This document shows positions 23,590 through 36,335 of a DNA stretch of 64,000 bases, one piece after another. The position numbers were made by a program, and so were the translations under genes. The DNA is taken from positions 235,228,001 through 235,292,000 of the forward strand of contig OZ024740.1 in assembly GCA_964016885.1 (NCBI GenBank), in the 5' to 3' direction. The notes beneath the pieces were generated by a model. That model saw only the letters and a program-made list of their open reading frames with translations. It did no database searches and was not told the DNA's origin. The DNA is from Eledone cirrhosa (taxonomy: Eukaryota). Each line of letters begins with the position of its first letter. Position 1 is the first letter of the stretch.

Positions 23590-26500
23590 GAATGCTATGG
23601 TTGACGGAGGCTCGGCTCTGTAAGGTATCGTAAATTTTGAACGCTATAACAATTGTAAATTGTTTAAAACTTTTACCAACTTGTAGACAAAAACACCCTC
23701 CTCCTCGTGAGAGGGGTCTTTCTGCCCGTTATTTGGCCCTTCGGGGTTAAATAACTGCTTATTGGGGTTTTGTGCCCAATATTTATTTTAAACAAAAAAA
23801 AAACAACATGGCTACGAAAAAGAATTTTCATAGGTCACTCCCACTCATTTCGTCTTCTTCTTCCTCAATCGTCACTACAGCAGAGAGAAGATTGTCTCTC
23901 TCCCTCCCTTCTTTAAATGTGTCTCTCTCCCTCCCTTCTCTTTCGCAAGCGACGACAGAAAAGAAAAGTCTCGTGCAAAGCGTGCAAGATTTCTCCACGA
24001 CGACGACGACAACGACGACGAAACAGGTGTGCGGGAAATACGAAAACCCATTTCATTCGTCTGACGTCAGGAATAATAGCAGTAGCAGCCGTAATAACAA
24101 CAGCAACAGTGACAATGAAAACAACAGTAGCAGCCGCAACAGCATCAGCAGCAGCATAAACAACAACAGCATTAGCAGCAGCAACAACAACAACAACCAC
24201 AGCAACAGCGGCGGCGGCAGTAGTCGTAGTACCTGCAGCAACAACAAAAGTAACAGCAGCTCTGACGTCAACAACAACAACAACAGCAGCAAAGAAAAAC
24301 CAATCTCGTTTGCAGGTATCGCGAAGAACCTGGAAACAATCCTCATAACAAATGAGGAATTAGAGGAAGCGAAGAAGATGGTGACAAAAACTGGACACCG
24401 AGCAATCTGCAAAGCAGCGGAAAAATGTTTCGAAACCCAACAGCACTGTGCGGTCACGTACCGTACAGTAAGTACAAAATCCCGTAGGGTGGAAAGAGCC
24501 ACAGAGGCTCAAATACAAAAAGCCTTGCAAGTACAGAAAAAAGTAAGAGAAGATTGGGTCGGCACCTCCATTGAGATGTTAATCCAAACCAACCAGGAGT
24601 GCATCGAAGCGATCCCGGATGTGATAGACTTCGATAACGGCACTCAACTGCCCATAAGTGTTGAGGGCAAACGCCCGAAATGCTTTCGCTGTGGATCGAA
24701 GACTCACCTCAGGGCCTTCTGCAACGAGAAGACCCCGAGAAAGGAGAAAACCCCCTCCTTCCGAAACCGGCTCCACGGCTACCAGCAACCAGGAACGATA
24801 GGTCCGTGGCACCCATACCCACGCCACGGAAATCAAAAACAGCAGCAGCAGTATTAACAACAATAACAACAGCAATACCAAATGCAGCTGCAACAGAGAC
24901 TCCAGTGCAAACATCACCAACAACAAGAAGTGAAAGAGTGGAGTTGGTACCCCTCCCCGACCTCACAGAATCAGACATGGGGTGTGAGGTGGGAGAGGGA
25001 TGGCAAAAGGTCGTAAGAAGGCACAAACGCAGAAGCAGCGCATCGTCGCCTTTGAAAAGGGAGGAAAGAAATGAAAAAAGGGTAAAGTCTGCTGCAAAGA
25101 GACTCACAGCAGCAACACCATCACCACCCACACTAGCACCACCGGCGACAACCCCACCGCCAACAACAACAACACCTTCAACACCACCACCACAAGCACC
25201 AACATCACAAACACAACAACAAAACACACCCACCCAGCAAAAACGACAAGAAAATAGCAGAACCACACCCCACCTCCAGAAAAACAAATGCACGGCAATA
25301 AATACACACAACAAAAAACTAATGACTTACATAATTGAACACAGACATTTCACGACACGACTACATAATACCAGCACCAATCAAAACGCCAACTAACATA
25401 AGACTGCTAAAAATAGCACAGAAACAATACACAAACATTAAAACGAAAATCCCCAACGCAGTTGGTGATTTCAGAGACCTAGGAGGAACTATCAACCGAA
25501 GAGTATATTCGGACATACTCATAGAAGCGCCGATGACCAGCCGAAGGGACGATTCAACGGTCCCTTCACCAGACGATCAAGTGAAAAGGGATGGAAAAAC
25601 CATCCTTCCTCTACGAAAAGTACGGTAAGTGGTCTTTCCCATCTTTTCCACTCTATTTTAAACATGACCTCACTCAGAATAGGCAGCATAAATGCGCGCG
25701 GCTTGGGGTCGTCATGGAAGCAGGGTCACCTGCTCAACGACCTCAGGTCACTAAACATAGATGTAGTGGCCATCAGCGAGACCAGAATCTCCGAAGCACG
25801 GGCCTTCGCACCGATCTTCGGCGGCTACGATGTGTACGCATCTCCCAGCCGTCCTGGATCGGGGGGGAAGAGTTGCTGTGCTTTTTCGGAGAGGTTTGGA
25901 TCTCGCCATACGGGCCATCTTCCTGGACCCAGAGGGTAAGTTGGTGGTGCTGGACGTGACCAGCAGAGACGGGCAAGCTTTCAGGCTAGTGGCCGTCTAT
26001 GCCCCGACAGGAGCAGGGCGGCCTGATTTCTTCCGGCGTCTGGAGACCTTTCTTGGAACGTCCCGCTCTTTAGTGTTAGTGGGCGACTGGAACGGGATCT
26101 TAGATGCACGCTGGGACTGTGTGGGATTAGCGGATAGGGGTGGAGGGTGCAAGAGCCTCACCAACCTGCTCAGGCGTTTTGAACTGTCTGACAGGTACCG
26201 ATTGGATTTCCCGAATGTGCCAATGTGGACTTGGACAAATCGTATAGGGTCATCCAGATCATATCTAGATAGAGTATTTTGTAGGGAAATAGATAGGTCT
26301 AGCATAGGCTGTCCACAATTCAAGATAGTCAGCTACACGGACCACAAATTCGTGATCTGTGTGCTTGACTTAGATAGGCTTCATAGACGAGGACCCGGCT
26401 ACTGGAAGCTAAACGCGTCCTTACCAGCGCGCAAGGCCTACAGAGACCGGTTAGCGAACTAGTTAAGCGGGCGTTGACGGGGGCCATCGTCAACAACAAG

Positions 26501-29500
26501 TGGTGGTTTGCTCTGAAAAGAGCGATTAGAATAGAATCCATTAGGTTTAGTAAGGCTTTAGCAATAGAGAAAAATAGAGCAGAGGGAGAACTAGTTAGAA
26601 AATTAGACGAGGCGCTTAGCAAAGGCATTGCGACCGACGTGCTTGCGGCGAAATTGGCCCTTGACCAATTCTTCAATGCAAAGCACGAAGGCTGCGTTGT
26701 CAGAGCAAGGGTGCGTGCTCTCAGACACGAGGGGACGAAAGCCGTTCAATGGGCCCGAGTGGCGGAGGCGCGTCGTGGCAACAAAGCCACGATCCGGTCT
26801 TTGGTAGACCACGACGGGCGCATGCTACTCGATCCCGGGCAAATGTGTGAAGCTTTTCAGCGACACTTCGCTCAGCTGTTCGGGGGCAGCGGTGGGCCGA
26901 GTCGAGAGATGGACTTTAGTGTCTACCGCGACGGACTGCCGCGGCTCTCGGCCACTGAGGCGAAGTGTTGCGAAAAGCCGATAACAGCCGCTGAAGTAAG
27001 GGAGACAATGACTGGCTGCACAAGGGGTAAATCGCCTGGTTTGCATGGTCTGCCCTATGTACTTTACGTACAGATGCCAGACTTGTTCGGAGGCCTCTTG
27101 GCGGACGTCTACTGCAACTGGCAACAGAACGGGAGAATTCCCAGTTCTGTGAGCCGAGGAGCGGTGGCACTGCTGAGAAAGGAACCGAACAAGGGGGATA
27201 ACATAGATAATTTCCGGCCCATAACTCTGCTAAACACAGAGTTCAAGATTTTGGCCAAGGTGCTAGCAAAGAGGTTGGCGCTAGTCGTTGGTGGTCTGGT
27301 GGGAGAGGCGCAGACATGCGCCATTCCCGACAGATCCATCCACGACAACTTCCACCTCATGCTATACATCGTAGAGAGGGTAGCTAGGGAACCTGGCACA
27401 GGTGGGTCCTTGATCAATATAGATCAGTCGAAAACTTTCGATAGGGTCGACCATCGTTACCTAGCGGCAGTCCTGAGGGCGGCTGGCTTTGGGCCCGTCT
27501 TCAGAGGCTGGATCGCTGCCATGCACAGCGACATCTGCTGTGGTGAGAGTGAACGGTCACCTGTCGGAACCGTTCAACATCATGCGCTCGGTCCGCCAAG
27601 GATGTCCCCTCTCGTCCCTCTTGTACGTATTGACTCTCGAGCCATTACTGCACAAACTGGAGACGTTGAGGGGCATCCCGCGCGAACTAGGATGCGGAAG
27701 ATCCGTGTCAGCATATGCGGACGATGTCACCGTAGTGGTGTCGAACGCCAAACACATCGAGGCGATCGGCACTACACTAAGAGAATACGAAGCGGTGACA
27801 GGAGCAATGATCAACCAGGAAAAGTCAGTGGGCCTGCAGCTCGGCACCTGGAGAGGCAGGTCCATGCCGTCCAACAGCGTCGTCGGACGCTGGACGGACG
27901 GACCGGTTAAATTGCTAGGGGTCTGGTTCGGTCCGGACCTCCAGACGGACAAAAACTGGGACGAGGTGACGAGCAGGGTGGCTTCTCTCACCCAGAAATG
28001 GGCGGAGAGGAAGCTATCCCTGAAAGGTCGAGCGGAGGTGGCTAACGCGTACATCGCGTCTGTCATCTGCTACCGCCTGACCGTCGTACCTTGTCCTAAG
28101 CCTCGCCTGACTGCGCTGGAGCGTTTGCTCTTTCGCTTTTTTGTGGAAGGGACGCGCTCCGATGGTCAACACCCGCTACGTGGAGGGCTGGGCATGCCGT
28201 GGCTGATGATGCGCAGGCACGCGCTCAGGCTACGACATCTCCACCTCTTCCTCGACGGTGATCAGGTGTGGTCGCCGTTTGCTAGACACGTATTTCCCCA
28301 GCTCGTTTCCTTGACGGAGCTGCAGTCCTGGGTCAAGCGAAGACCGAGAGGGAGCGCCTGGAGACTGGAATGTCTTCAGGCGCTCACAGCCCTCGACCAA
28401 TCGGGCAATGTGATCGGTGGAAACTCCACCTCGGCGTTCTATAGAGGATTAGTGGAGGGGAAGAGCGACGACGTACTTGGGAAAACTCTAGGCGTCGACG
28501 AAAATCAACTAGCCAATCTCTTCGGAAGAACTTTCGGGCCAGGGCCTATGGACAACTTCCAGAAATCTCTGGCTTGGCAGTGCTACCGAGGAGCCTTGCC
28601 AGTTCGGGATAAACTCTACAGGCATGGAGGTGCCGTCAGCCGGGCATGTCCGAGATGCGCGCAGGGCGACGAAACCGTCCCGCACGCACTCGTCCAGTGT
28701 CCGAAAATTGCTGACTTGTGGGTTTATGTCGAACACCTGCTGTCGCGTTTAGGACGGATCCGGCTATCATCTGAGTCCATCGTGAGGATTGCTCCGCCCT
28801 CCTCCTTTAGCCGGGAAGGGCAGGCAGTTTTTATCTGTCTGGTGGCCATGGCGAAAGAGATATGTTTCTTTTATTTGCCACCAGGGCATCAGAAGTGGGA
28901 CAAGTACAATGGGGGGAGTTTACAAAACAAGGCGTCCTCAATAATATAAAATAAAATAAAATATAACAAAATATAACAAAAAATAAAATTTATAACAAAG
29001 TCCTCAATAGAGAGGAGGCGCCTTGGGGGGTCGCACACCCCCCCGAAAAAAGTGTGCAACCCTACTCCTCAGGAGCACAGAGAAGGGGTGCTCCCTTGGT
29101 CTTTCATCTTCCTCACCTATAGTCTGATGTAGAGTGAAGGCCCATTCACACGGGCCATTCTCGCCACTTTCACCCATCTTTCATAGAAACGGCTGGGGTG
29201 CAGCACCTCTCTCTCCATCCTGATCCTTCTTCCGAAATGATATCGGAAGAAACGAGAGAAAGGTGTCTGACCTCAGTCCTTTCAGACGCGTCCACCATAC
29301 AACCTCTTTCGCCATGGCTATTACGCACAGAAACACAGAAACACCGCATGGCGAAAGAGATAGTATGGTGGACACGTTTGAAAGGGCTGAAGACGAGCAC
29401 TTACCTCTTCGGTGATGCTCTGATTGACTTTTTCAAATTTCCTTTGAAAAGGAAAAGCAGAGTAGAGAGGGAAGTGCTCTCTTCCCAGCATTTTGTTGAA

Positions 29501-29803
29501 AGATGGGTGAGAGAAGCAAGAATGGCCCGAGTGAATGGGCCTACTCTGAGTATATATCTATAAATTAAAGGTGGAAAACTGGGAGAGGGCACTTGCCTTG
29601 GTGGTCAGGGTCATTGTGGCCTTTTATTGGGCTTTCTCCACAAATGTCCCTCCGAAGTCTGGGGAATTTTTCATTGTTATTTTTTGTTACATCCTCTGTT
29701 TTTGTTTTTTACACGCAGAAATGCCCATTTGTACCGTCCTGCATTGTCCTGCACTGTCCTTAATGTCTACTTTATGTAAACCCTTGTGGTTAATAAAGAA
29801 ATC
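23590..29803 (+). mobile_element. Full-length Tx1-type (L1-clade) LINE, copy A, disrupted
   Basis: 5'UTR matches copy B; ORF1 from ATG 23808 to stop 25628 with CFRCGSKTHLRAFC knuckle; ORF2 from ATG 25664 with APE and RT motifs; several frameshifts; in-frame ~255-bp ORF1 deletion near 24527; 484-bp insert at 28863-29346; ends AATAAAGAAATC then (ATT)n. Confidence 0.95.
28863..29346 (-). mobile_element. 5'-truncated 3' end of a sister Tx1 family, inserted antisense in copy A
   Basis: 16-bp TSD CATGGCGAAAGAGATA at 28847-28862 and 29347-29362. Minus strand encodes VFLCVIAMAKEVVWWTRLKGL..ERWVKVARMARVNGPSLYIRL-stop, then its own 3'UTR ending GGCAAATAAAAGAAACA. Confidence 0.9.
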
Positions 29804-30051
29804 ATTATTACTATTATTATTATTATTATTATTATTGAATGCCATGGTTGACGGAGGCTCGGCTCTGTAAGGTATAGTAATTTTTAACCGTTAAAACAAT
29901 TGTAAATTGTTTAAAACTTGAACCAAATTGTTGATAAAGACACCCTCCTCCTCGTGAGAGGGGTCTTTCTGTCCGTTATTTGGCCCTTCGGGGTTAAATA
30001 ACCAGTTATTGGGGTTTTGTACCCAAAATTTCATTTTAAACAAAAAACAAC

Positions 30052-32134
30052 ATGGCTACGAAAAAGAAATTTCATACGTCACTCCCACTCATTCCGTCTT
30101 CTTCTTCCTCAATCATCACTACAGCAGAGAGAAGATTGTCTCTCTCCCTCCCTTCTTTAAATGTGTCTCTCTCCCTCCCTTCTCTTTCGCAAGCGACGAA
30201 AGAAAAGAAAAGTCTCGTGCAAAGCGTGCAAGGTTTCTCCACGACGACGACGACAGCGACGAAACAGGTGTGCGGGAAATACGAAAACCCAGTTCATTCG
30301 TCTGACGTCAGGAATAATAGCAGTAGCAGCCGTAATAACAACAGCAACAGTGACAATGAAAACAACAGTAGCAGCCGCAACAGCATCACCAGCAGCATAA
30401 ACAACAACAGCATTAGCAGCAGCAACACCAACAACAACCACAGCAACAGCGGCGGAGGCAGTAGTCGTAGTACCTGCAGCAACAACAAAAGTACCAGCAG
30501 CTCTGACGACAACAACAACAGCAGAGAAAAACGGTATTGCGAAAAACTTGGAAACAATCCTCATAACAAATGAGGAATTAGAGGAAGCGAAGAAGATGGT
30601 GACAAAGAACGGACACCGAGCAATCTGCAAGGCAGCGAAAAATTTTTTCGAAACCCAAGAGCACTGTACGGTCACGTACCGTACAGTAAGTACAAAATCC
30701 CGTAGGGTGGAAAGAGCCACAGAGGCCCAAATACAAAAAGCCTTGGGGTCTGTGTGGCAGAGGAAAACGCACATCACCCGAGGCAAAAAATACGCCACCG
30801 TAGACGTACTTTTTGCCACACCCCAGGAGGCAAAGGCCCAATCAGTAGTGACCCTAAGGAGCGAGGAAATGGTGTTGGTGCCCTCCTACTGCGGGCAAAA
30901 AATTGTGAGGGTCAAACTGACCCACGTCCCCCCCGGAATGACCCCTTCTTGGCTGGCCGCGTCTGTCCTCGTCTGAATCGAGGACAAAACAACTGTACTG
31001 CAAGTACAGAAAAAAGTAAGAGAAGATTGGGTCGGCTCCTCCATTGAGATGCTAATCCAAACCAACCAGGAGTGCATCGAAGCTATCCCGGATGTGATAG
31101 ACTTCGATAACGGCACTCAACTGCCCATAAGTGTTGAGGGCAAACGCCCGAAATGCTTTCGCTGTGGATCGAAGACCCACCTCAGGGCCTTCTGCAACGA
31201 GAAGACCCTGAGAAAGGAGAAAACCCCCCTCCTTCCGAATCCGGCTCCACGGCTACCAGCAACAGGACAAGCGGCAACCAGGAACGATAGGCCCGTGGCA
31301 CCCATACCCACTCCACGGAAATCAAAAACAGCAGCAGCAGTGGAAATACTAACAACAACAACAGCAATACCAAATGCAGCTGCAACAGAGACTCCAGTGC
31401 AAACATCACCAACAACAACAAGTGAAAGAGTGGAGTTGGTACCCCTCCCCGACCTCACAGAATCAGACATGGAGTGTGAGGTGGGAGAGAGATGGCAAAA
31501 GGTCGTAAGAAGACACAAACGCAGAAGCAGCGCATCGTCGCCTTTGAAAAGGGAGGAAAGAAATGAGAAAAGGGTAAAGTCTACTGCAAAGAGACCCACA
31601 GCAGCAACAACACCAACACCATCACCACCCACACTAGCGCCACCATCACCACCGGCGACAACCCCACCGCCAACAACACCTTCAACACCACCACCACAAG
31701 CACCAACATCGCAAACACAACAACAAAACACACACACCCAGCAACAACGACAAGAAAATAGCAGAACCACACCCCACCCCCAGAAAAACAAATGCACGGC
31801 AATAAATACACACAACAAGAAACTAATGACTTACATAATTGAACACACAGACATTTCACAACAGGACTACATAATACCAGCACCAATCAAAACGCCAACT
31901 AACATAAGACTGCTAAAAATAGCACAGAAACAATACACAAATATTAAAACGAAATTCCCCAACGCAGTTGGTGATTTCAGGGACCTAGGAGGAACCATCA
32001 ATCGAAGAGTATACTCAGACATTCTCTTAGAAGAGCCGACGACCAGCCGAAGGGACGATTCAACGGTCCCTTCACCAGACGATCAAGTGAAAAGGGATGT
32101 AAAAACCATCCCTCCTCTACCAAAAGTACGGTAA
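30052..32134 (+). pseudogene. Tx1 ORF1 (Ser/Asn-rich N-terminus, CCHC knuckle, Pro/Thr/Gln-rich C-terminus); frameshift near 30530 and stop at 30974-30976
   Basis: ORF pieces 30052-30573, 30548-30976 and 31049-32134; CX2CX4HX4C motif CFRCGSKTHLRAFC. Confidence 0.85.
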
Positions 32135-32169
32135 GTGGTCTTTCCCATCTTTTCCACTCTATTTTAAAC

Positions 32170-35100
32170 ATGACCTCAATCAGAATAGGCAGCATAAGTG
32201 CGCGTGGCTTGGGGTCGTCATGGAAGCAGGGTCACCTGCTCAACGACCTCAGGTCACTAAACATAGATGTAGTGGCCATCAGCGAGACCAGAATCTCCGA
32301 AGCACGGGCCTTCGCACCGATCTTCGGCGGCTGCGATGTGTACGCATCTCCCAGCCGTCCTGGATCGGGTGGAGGAGTTGCTGTGCTTTTTCGGAGAGGT
32401 TTGGATCTCGCCATACGGGCCATCTTCCTGGACCCAGAGGGTAAGCTGGTGGTGCTGGACGTGACCAGCGGAGACGGGCAAGCTTTCAGGCTAGTGGCCG
32501 TCTATGCCCCGACAGGAGCAGGGCGGCCTGATTTCTTCCGGCGTCTGGAGACCTTTCTTGGAACGTCCCGCTCTTTAGTGTTAGTGGGCGACTGGAACGG
32601 GATCTTAGACGCACGCTGGGACTGTGTGGGATTAGCGGATAGGAGTGGAGGGTGCAAGAGCCTCACCAACCTGCTCAGGCGTTTTGAACTGTCTGACAGG
32701 TACCGATTGGATTTCCCGAATGTGCCAATGTGGACTTGGACAAACCGCATAGGGTCATCCAGATCATATCTAGATAGAGTATTTTGTAGGGAAATAGATA
32801 GGTCTAGCATAGGCTGTCCACAATTCAAGATAGTCAGCTACACGGACCACAAATTCGTGACCTGTGTGCTTGACTTAGATAGGCTTCATAGACGAGGACC
32901 CGGCTACTGGAAGCTAAACGCGTCCTTACCAGCGCGCAAGGCCTACAGAGACCGGATTAGCGAACTAGTTAAGCGGGCGTTGACGGGGGCCATCGTCAAC
33001 AACAAGTGGTGGTTTGCTCTGAAAAGAGCGATTAGAATAGAATCCATTAGGTTTAGTAAGGCTTTAGCAATAGAGAAAAATAGAGCAGAGGGAGAACTAG
33101 TTAGAAAATTAGACGAGGCGCTTAGCAAAGGCATTGCGACCGACGTGCTTGCGGCGAAATTGGCCCTTGACCAATTCTTCAATGCAAAGCACGAAGGCTG
33201 CGTTGTCAGAGCTAGGGTGCGTGCTCTCAGACACGAGGGGACGAAAGCCGTTCAATGGGCCCGAGTGGCGGAGGCGCGTCGTGGCAACAAAGCCACGATC
33301 CGGTCTTTGGTGGACCACGACGGGCGCATGCTACTCGATCCCGGGCAAATGTGTGAAGCTTTTCAGCGACACTTCGCTCAGCTGTTCGGGGGCAGCGGGG
33401 GGCCGGGTAGAGGGATGGACTTTAGTGTCTACCTCGACGGACTGCCGCGGCTCTCGGCCACTGAGGCGAAGTGTTGCGAAAAGCCGATAACAGCCGCTGA
33501 AGTAAGGGAGGCAATGACTGGCTGCACAAGGGGTAAATCGCCTGGTTTGGATGGTCTGCCCTATGAACTTTACGTACAGATGCCAGACTTGTTCGGAGGC
33601 CTCTTGGCGGACGTCTACTGCAACTGGCAACAGAACGGGAGAATTCCCAGTTCTGTGAGCCGAGGAGCGGTGGCACTGCTGAGAAAGGATCCGAACAAGG
33701 GGGATAACATAGACAATTTCCGGCCCATAACTGCTAAACACAGAGTTCAAGATTTTGGCCAAGGTGCTAGCAAAGAGGTTGGCGCTTGTCGTTGGTGGTC
33801 TGGTGGGAGAGGCGCAGACATGCGCCATTCCCGACAGATCCATCCACGACAACCTCCACCTCATGCGATACATCATAGAGAGGGTAGCTAAGGAACCTGG
33901 CACGGGTGGGTCCTTGATCAATTTAGATCAGTCGAAAGCTTTCGATAGGGTCGACCATCGTTACCTAGCGGCAGTCCTGAGGGCGGCTGGCTTTGGGCCC
34001 GTCTTCAGAGGCTGGATCGCTGCCATGCACAGCGACATCTGCTCTGTGGTGAGAGTGAACGGTCACCTGTCGGAACCGTTCAACATCATGCGCTCGGTCC
34101 GCCAAGGATGTCCCCTCTCGTCCCTCTTGTACGTATTGACTCTCGAGCCATTACTGCACAAACTGGAGACGTTGAGGGGAGTCCCGCGCGAACTAGGATG
34201 CGGAAGATCCGTGTCAGCATATGCGGACGATGTCACCGTAGTGGTGTCGAACGCCAAACACATCGAGGCGATCGGCACTACACTAAGAGAATACGAAGCG
34301 GTGACAGGAGCAATGATCAACCAGGAAAAGTCGGTGGGCCTGCAGCTCGGCACCTGGAGAGGCAGGTCCATGCCGTCCAACAGCGTCGTCGGGCGCTGGA
34401 CGGACGGACCGGTTAAATTGCTAGGGGTCTGGTTCGGTCCGGACCTCCAGACGGACAAAAACTGGGACGAGGTGACGAGCAGGGTGGCTTCTCTCACCCA
34501 GAAATGGGCCGAGAGGAAGCTATCCCTGAAAGGTCGAGCGGAGGTGGCTAACGCGTACATCGCGTCTGTCATCTGCTACCGCCTAACCGTCGTACCTTGT
34601 CCTAAGCCTCGCCTGACTGCGCTGGAGCGTTTGCTCTTTCGCTTTTTGTGGAAGGGACGTGCTCCGATGGTCAGGCGGTCCATCTGTTGTCAACACCCGC
34701 TACGTGGAGGGCTGGGCATGCCGTGGCTGATGATGCGCAGGCACGCGCTCAGGCTACGACATCTCCACCTCTTCCTCGACGGTGATCAGGTGTGGTCGCC
34801 GTTTGCTAGACGCGTTTTTCCCCAGCTCGTTTCCTTGACGGAGCTGCAGTCCTGGGTCAAGCGAAGACCGAGAGGGAGCGCCTGGAGACTGGAATGTTTT
34901 CAGGCGCTCACAGCCCTCGACCAATCGGGCAATGTGATCGGTGGAAACTCCACCTCGGCGTTCTATAGAGGATTAGTGGAGGGGAAGAGCGACGACGTAC
35001 TTGGGGAAACTCTAGGCGTCGACGAAAATCAACTAGCCAATCTCTTCGGAAGAACTTTCGGGCCAGGGCCTATGGACAACTTCCAGAAATCTCTGGCCTG

Positions 35101-35587
35101 GCAGTGCTACCGAGGAGCCTTGCCAGTTCGGGATAAACTCTACAGGCATGGAGGTGTCGTCAGCCGGGCATGTCCGAGATGCGCGCAGGGCGACGAAACC
35201 GTCCTGCACGCACTCGTCCAGTGTCCGAAAATTGCTGACTTGTGGGTTTATGTCGAACACCTGCTGTCGCGTTTAGGACGGATCCAGCTATCATCTGAGT
35301 CCATCGTGAGGATTGCCCCGCCCTCCTCCTTTAGCCGGGATGGGCAGGTAGTTTTTATCTGTCTGGTGGCCATGGCGAAAGAGATAGTATGGTGGACACG
35401 TTTGAAAGGGCTGAAGACGAGCACTTACCTCTTCGGTGATGCTCTGATTGACTTTTTCAAATTTCATTTGAAAAGGAAAATCAGAGTAGAGAAGGAAGTG
35501 CTCTCTTCCCAGCATTTTGTTGAAAGATGGGTGAGAGAAGCAAGAATGGCCCGAGTGAATGGGCCGACTCTGAGTATATATCTGTAA
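32170..35587 (+). pseudogene. Tx1 ORF2 (APE endonuclease + RT + C-terminal zinc motif), ~1139 aa if the single 2-bp deletion near 33731 is repaired
   Basis: SISARGL, AISETR, VYAP, LVGDWN, YLDRVF, YTDHK; KSPGLDG, NFRPIT, LDQSKAFDRVDH, RQGCPLS, AYADD; CPRC..ETVLHALVQC. Copy A has ATAACTCTGCTA where B has ATAACTGCTA. Confidence 0.92.
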
Positions 35588-35848
35588 ACTAAAGGTGGAA
35601 AACTGGGAGAGGGCACTTGCCTTGGTGGTCAGGGTCATTGTGGCTTTTTACTGGGCTTTCTCCACAAATGTCCCTCCGAAGTCTCCCCCCTATTGGGGAA
35701 TTTTTCATTGTTATTTTCATTGTTATTTTTGTTACATCCTCTGTTTTTGTTTTTTTTACACGCAGAAATGCCCATTTGTACCGTCCTGCATTGTCCTGCA
35801 CTGTCCTTAATGTCTACTTTATGTAAACCCTTGTGGTTAATAAAGAAA

Positions 35849-35889
<41 letters not shown>

Positions 35890-36244
35890 GTTATCAAAAA
35901 ATTATTTTTATTATTGCCTTTTATCCTTCCTGGTTGGTAAAATAAAGTACGTGGCACATATTGGGATTGATATAATTGGGTTTCCCTTTCCCACAAATTG
36001 TTGATCTTGTGCCGTATAAATCTACATATATACATATACACATACATACATTTACCTATGTATATAGCTATGCATTTATATTTAAGTGTGTAAGGATGTT
36101 GACATGATTTATGTTTTTTTTTTGGTAAGGAGAAAATGTTGTCTCCAGATTTTATTACCTAGGGAGATTAAATACCACAGCTCTGGCTGAAAACTGACCA
36201 GGTTCTTAACCTTATCAAACACCAATGCCGGCCTCTGTGTGTTA

Positions 36245-36246
36245 TA

Positions 36247-36277
<31 letters not shown>

Positions 36278-36335
36278 ATGTATGTATGTATGTATGTATG
36301 TATGTATGTATATGATTGTATGTATGTATATGTAT
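36245..36335. repeat. (TG)n/(TATG)n microsatellite
   Basis: Directly visible simple repeat. Confidence 0.95.

Larger units (their letters stand above)
29837..35850 (+). mobile_element. Full-length Tx1-type LINE, copy B, nearly intact
   Basis: Same 5' start (GAATGCCATGGTTGACGGAGG) and 3' end as copy A; flanked by (ATT)n at 29804-29836 and 35851-35889. Confidence 0.95.

Noticed and set aside
23690-23772. HDV-like ribozyme in the Tx1 5'UTR (CCTCCTCGTG resembles the P3/L3 motif)
   Set aside because: I could not assign P1 or the P1.1 GG, and the candidate catalytic C is not kept in copy B. Retained only as a structured UTR.
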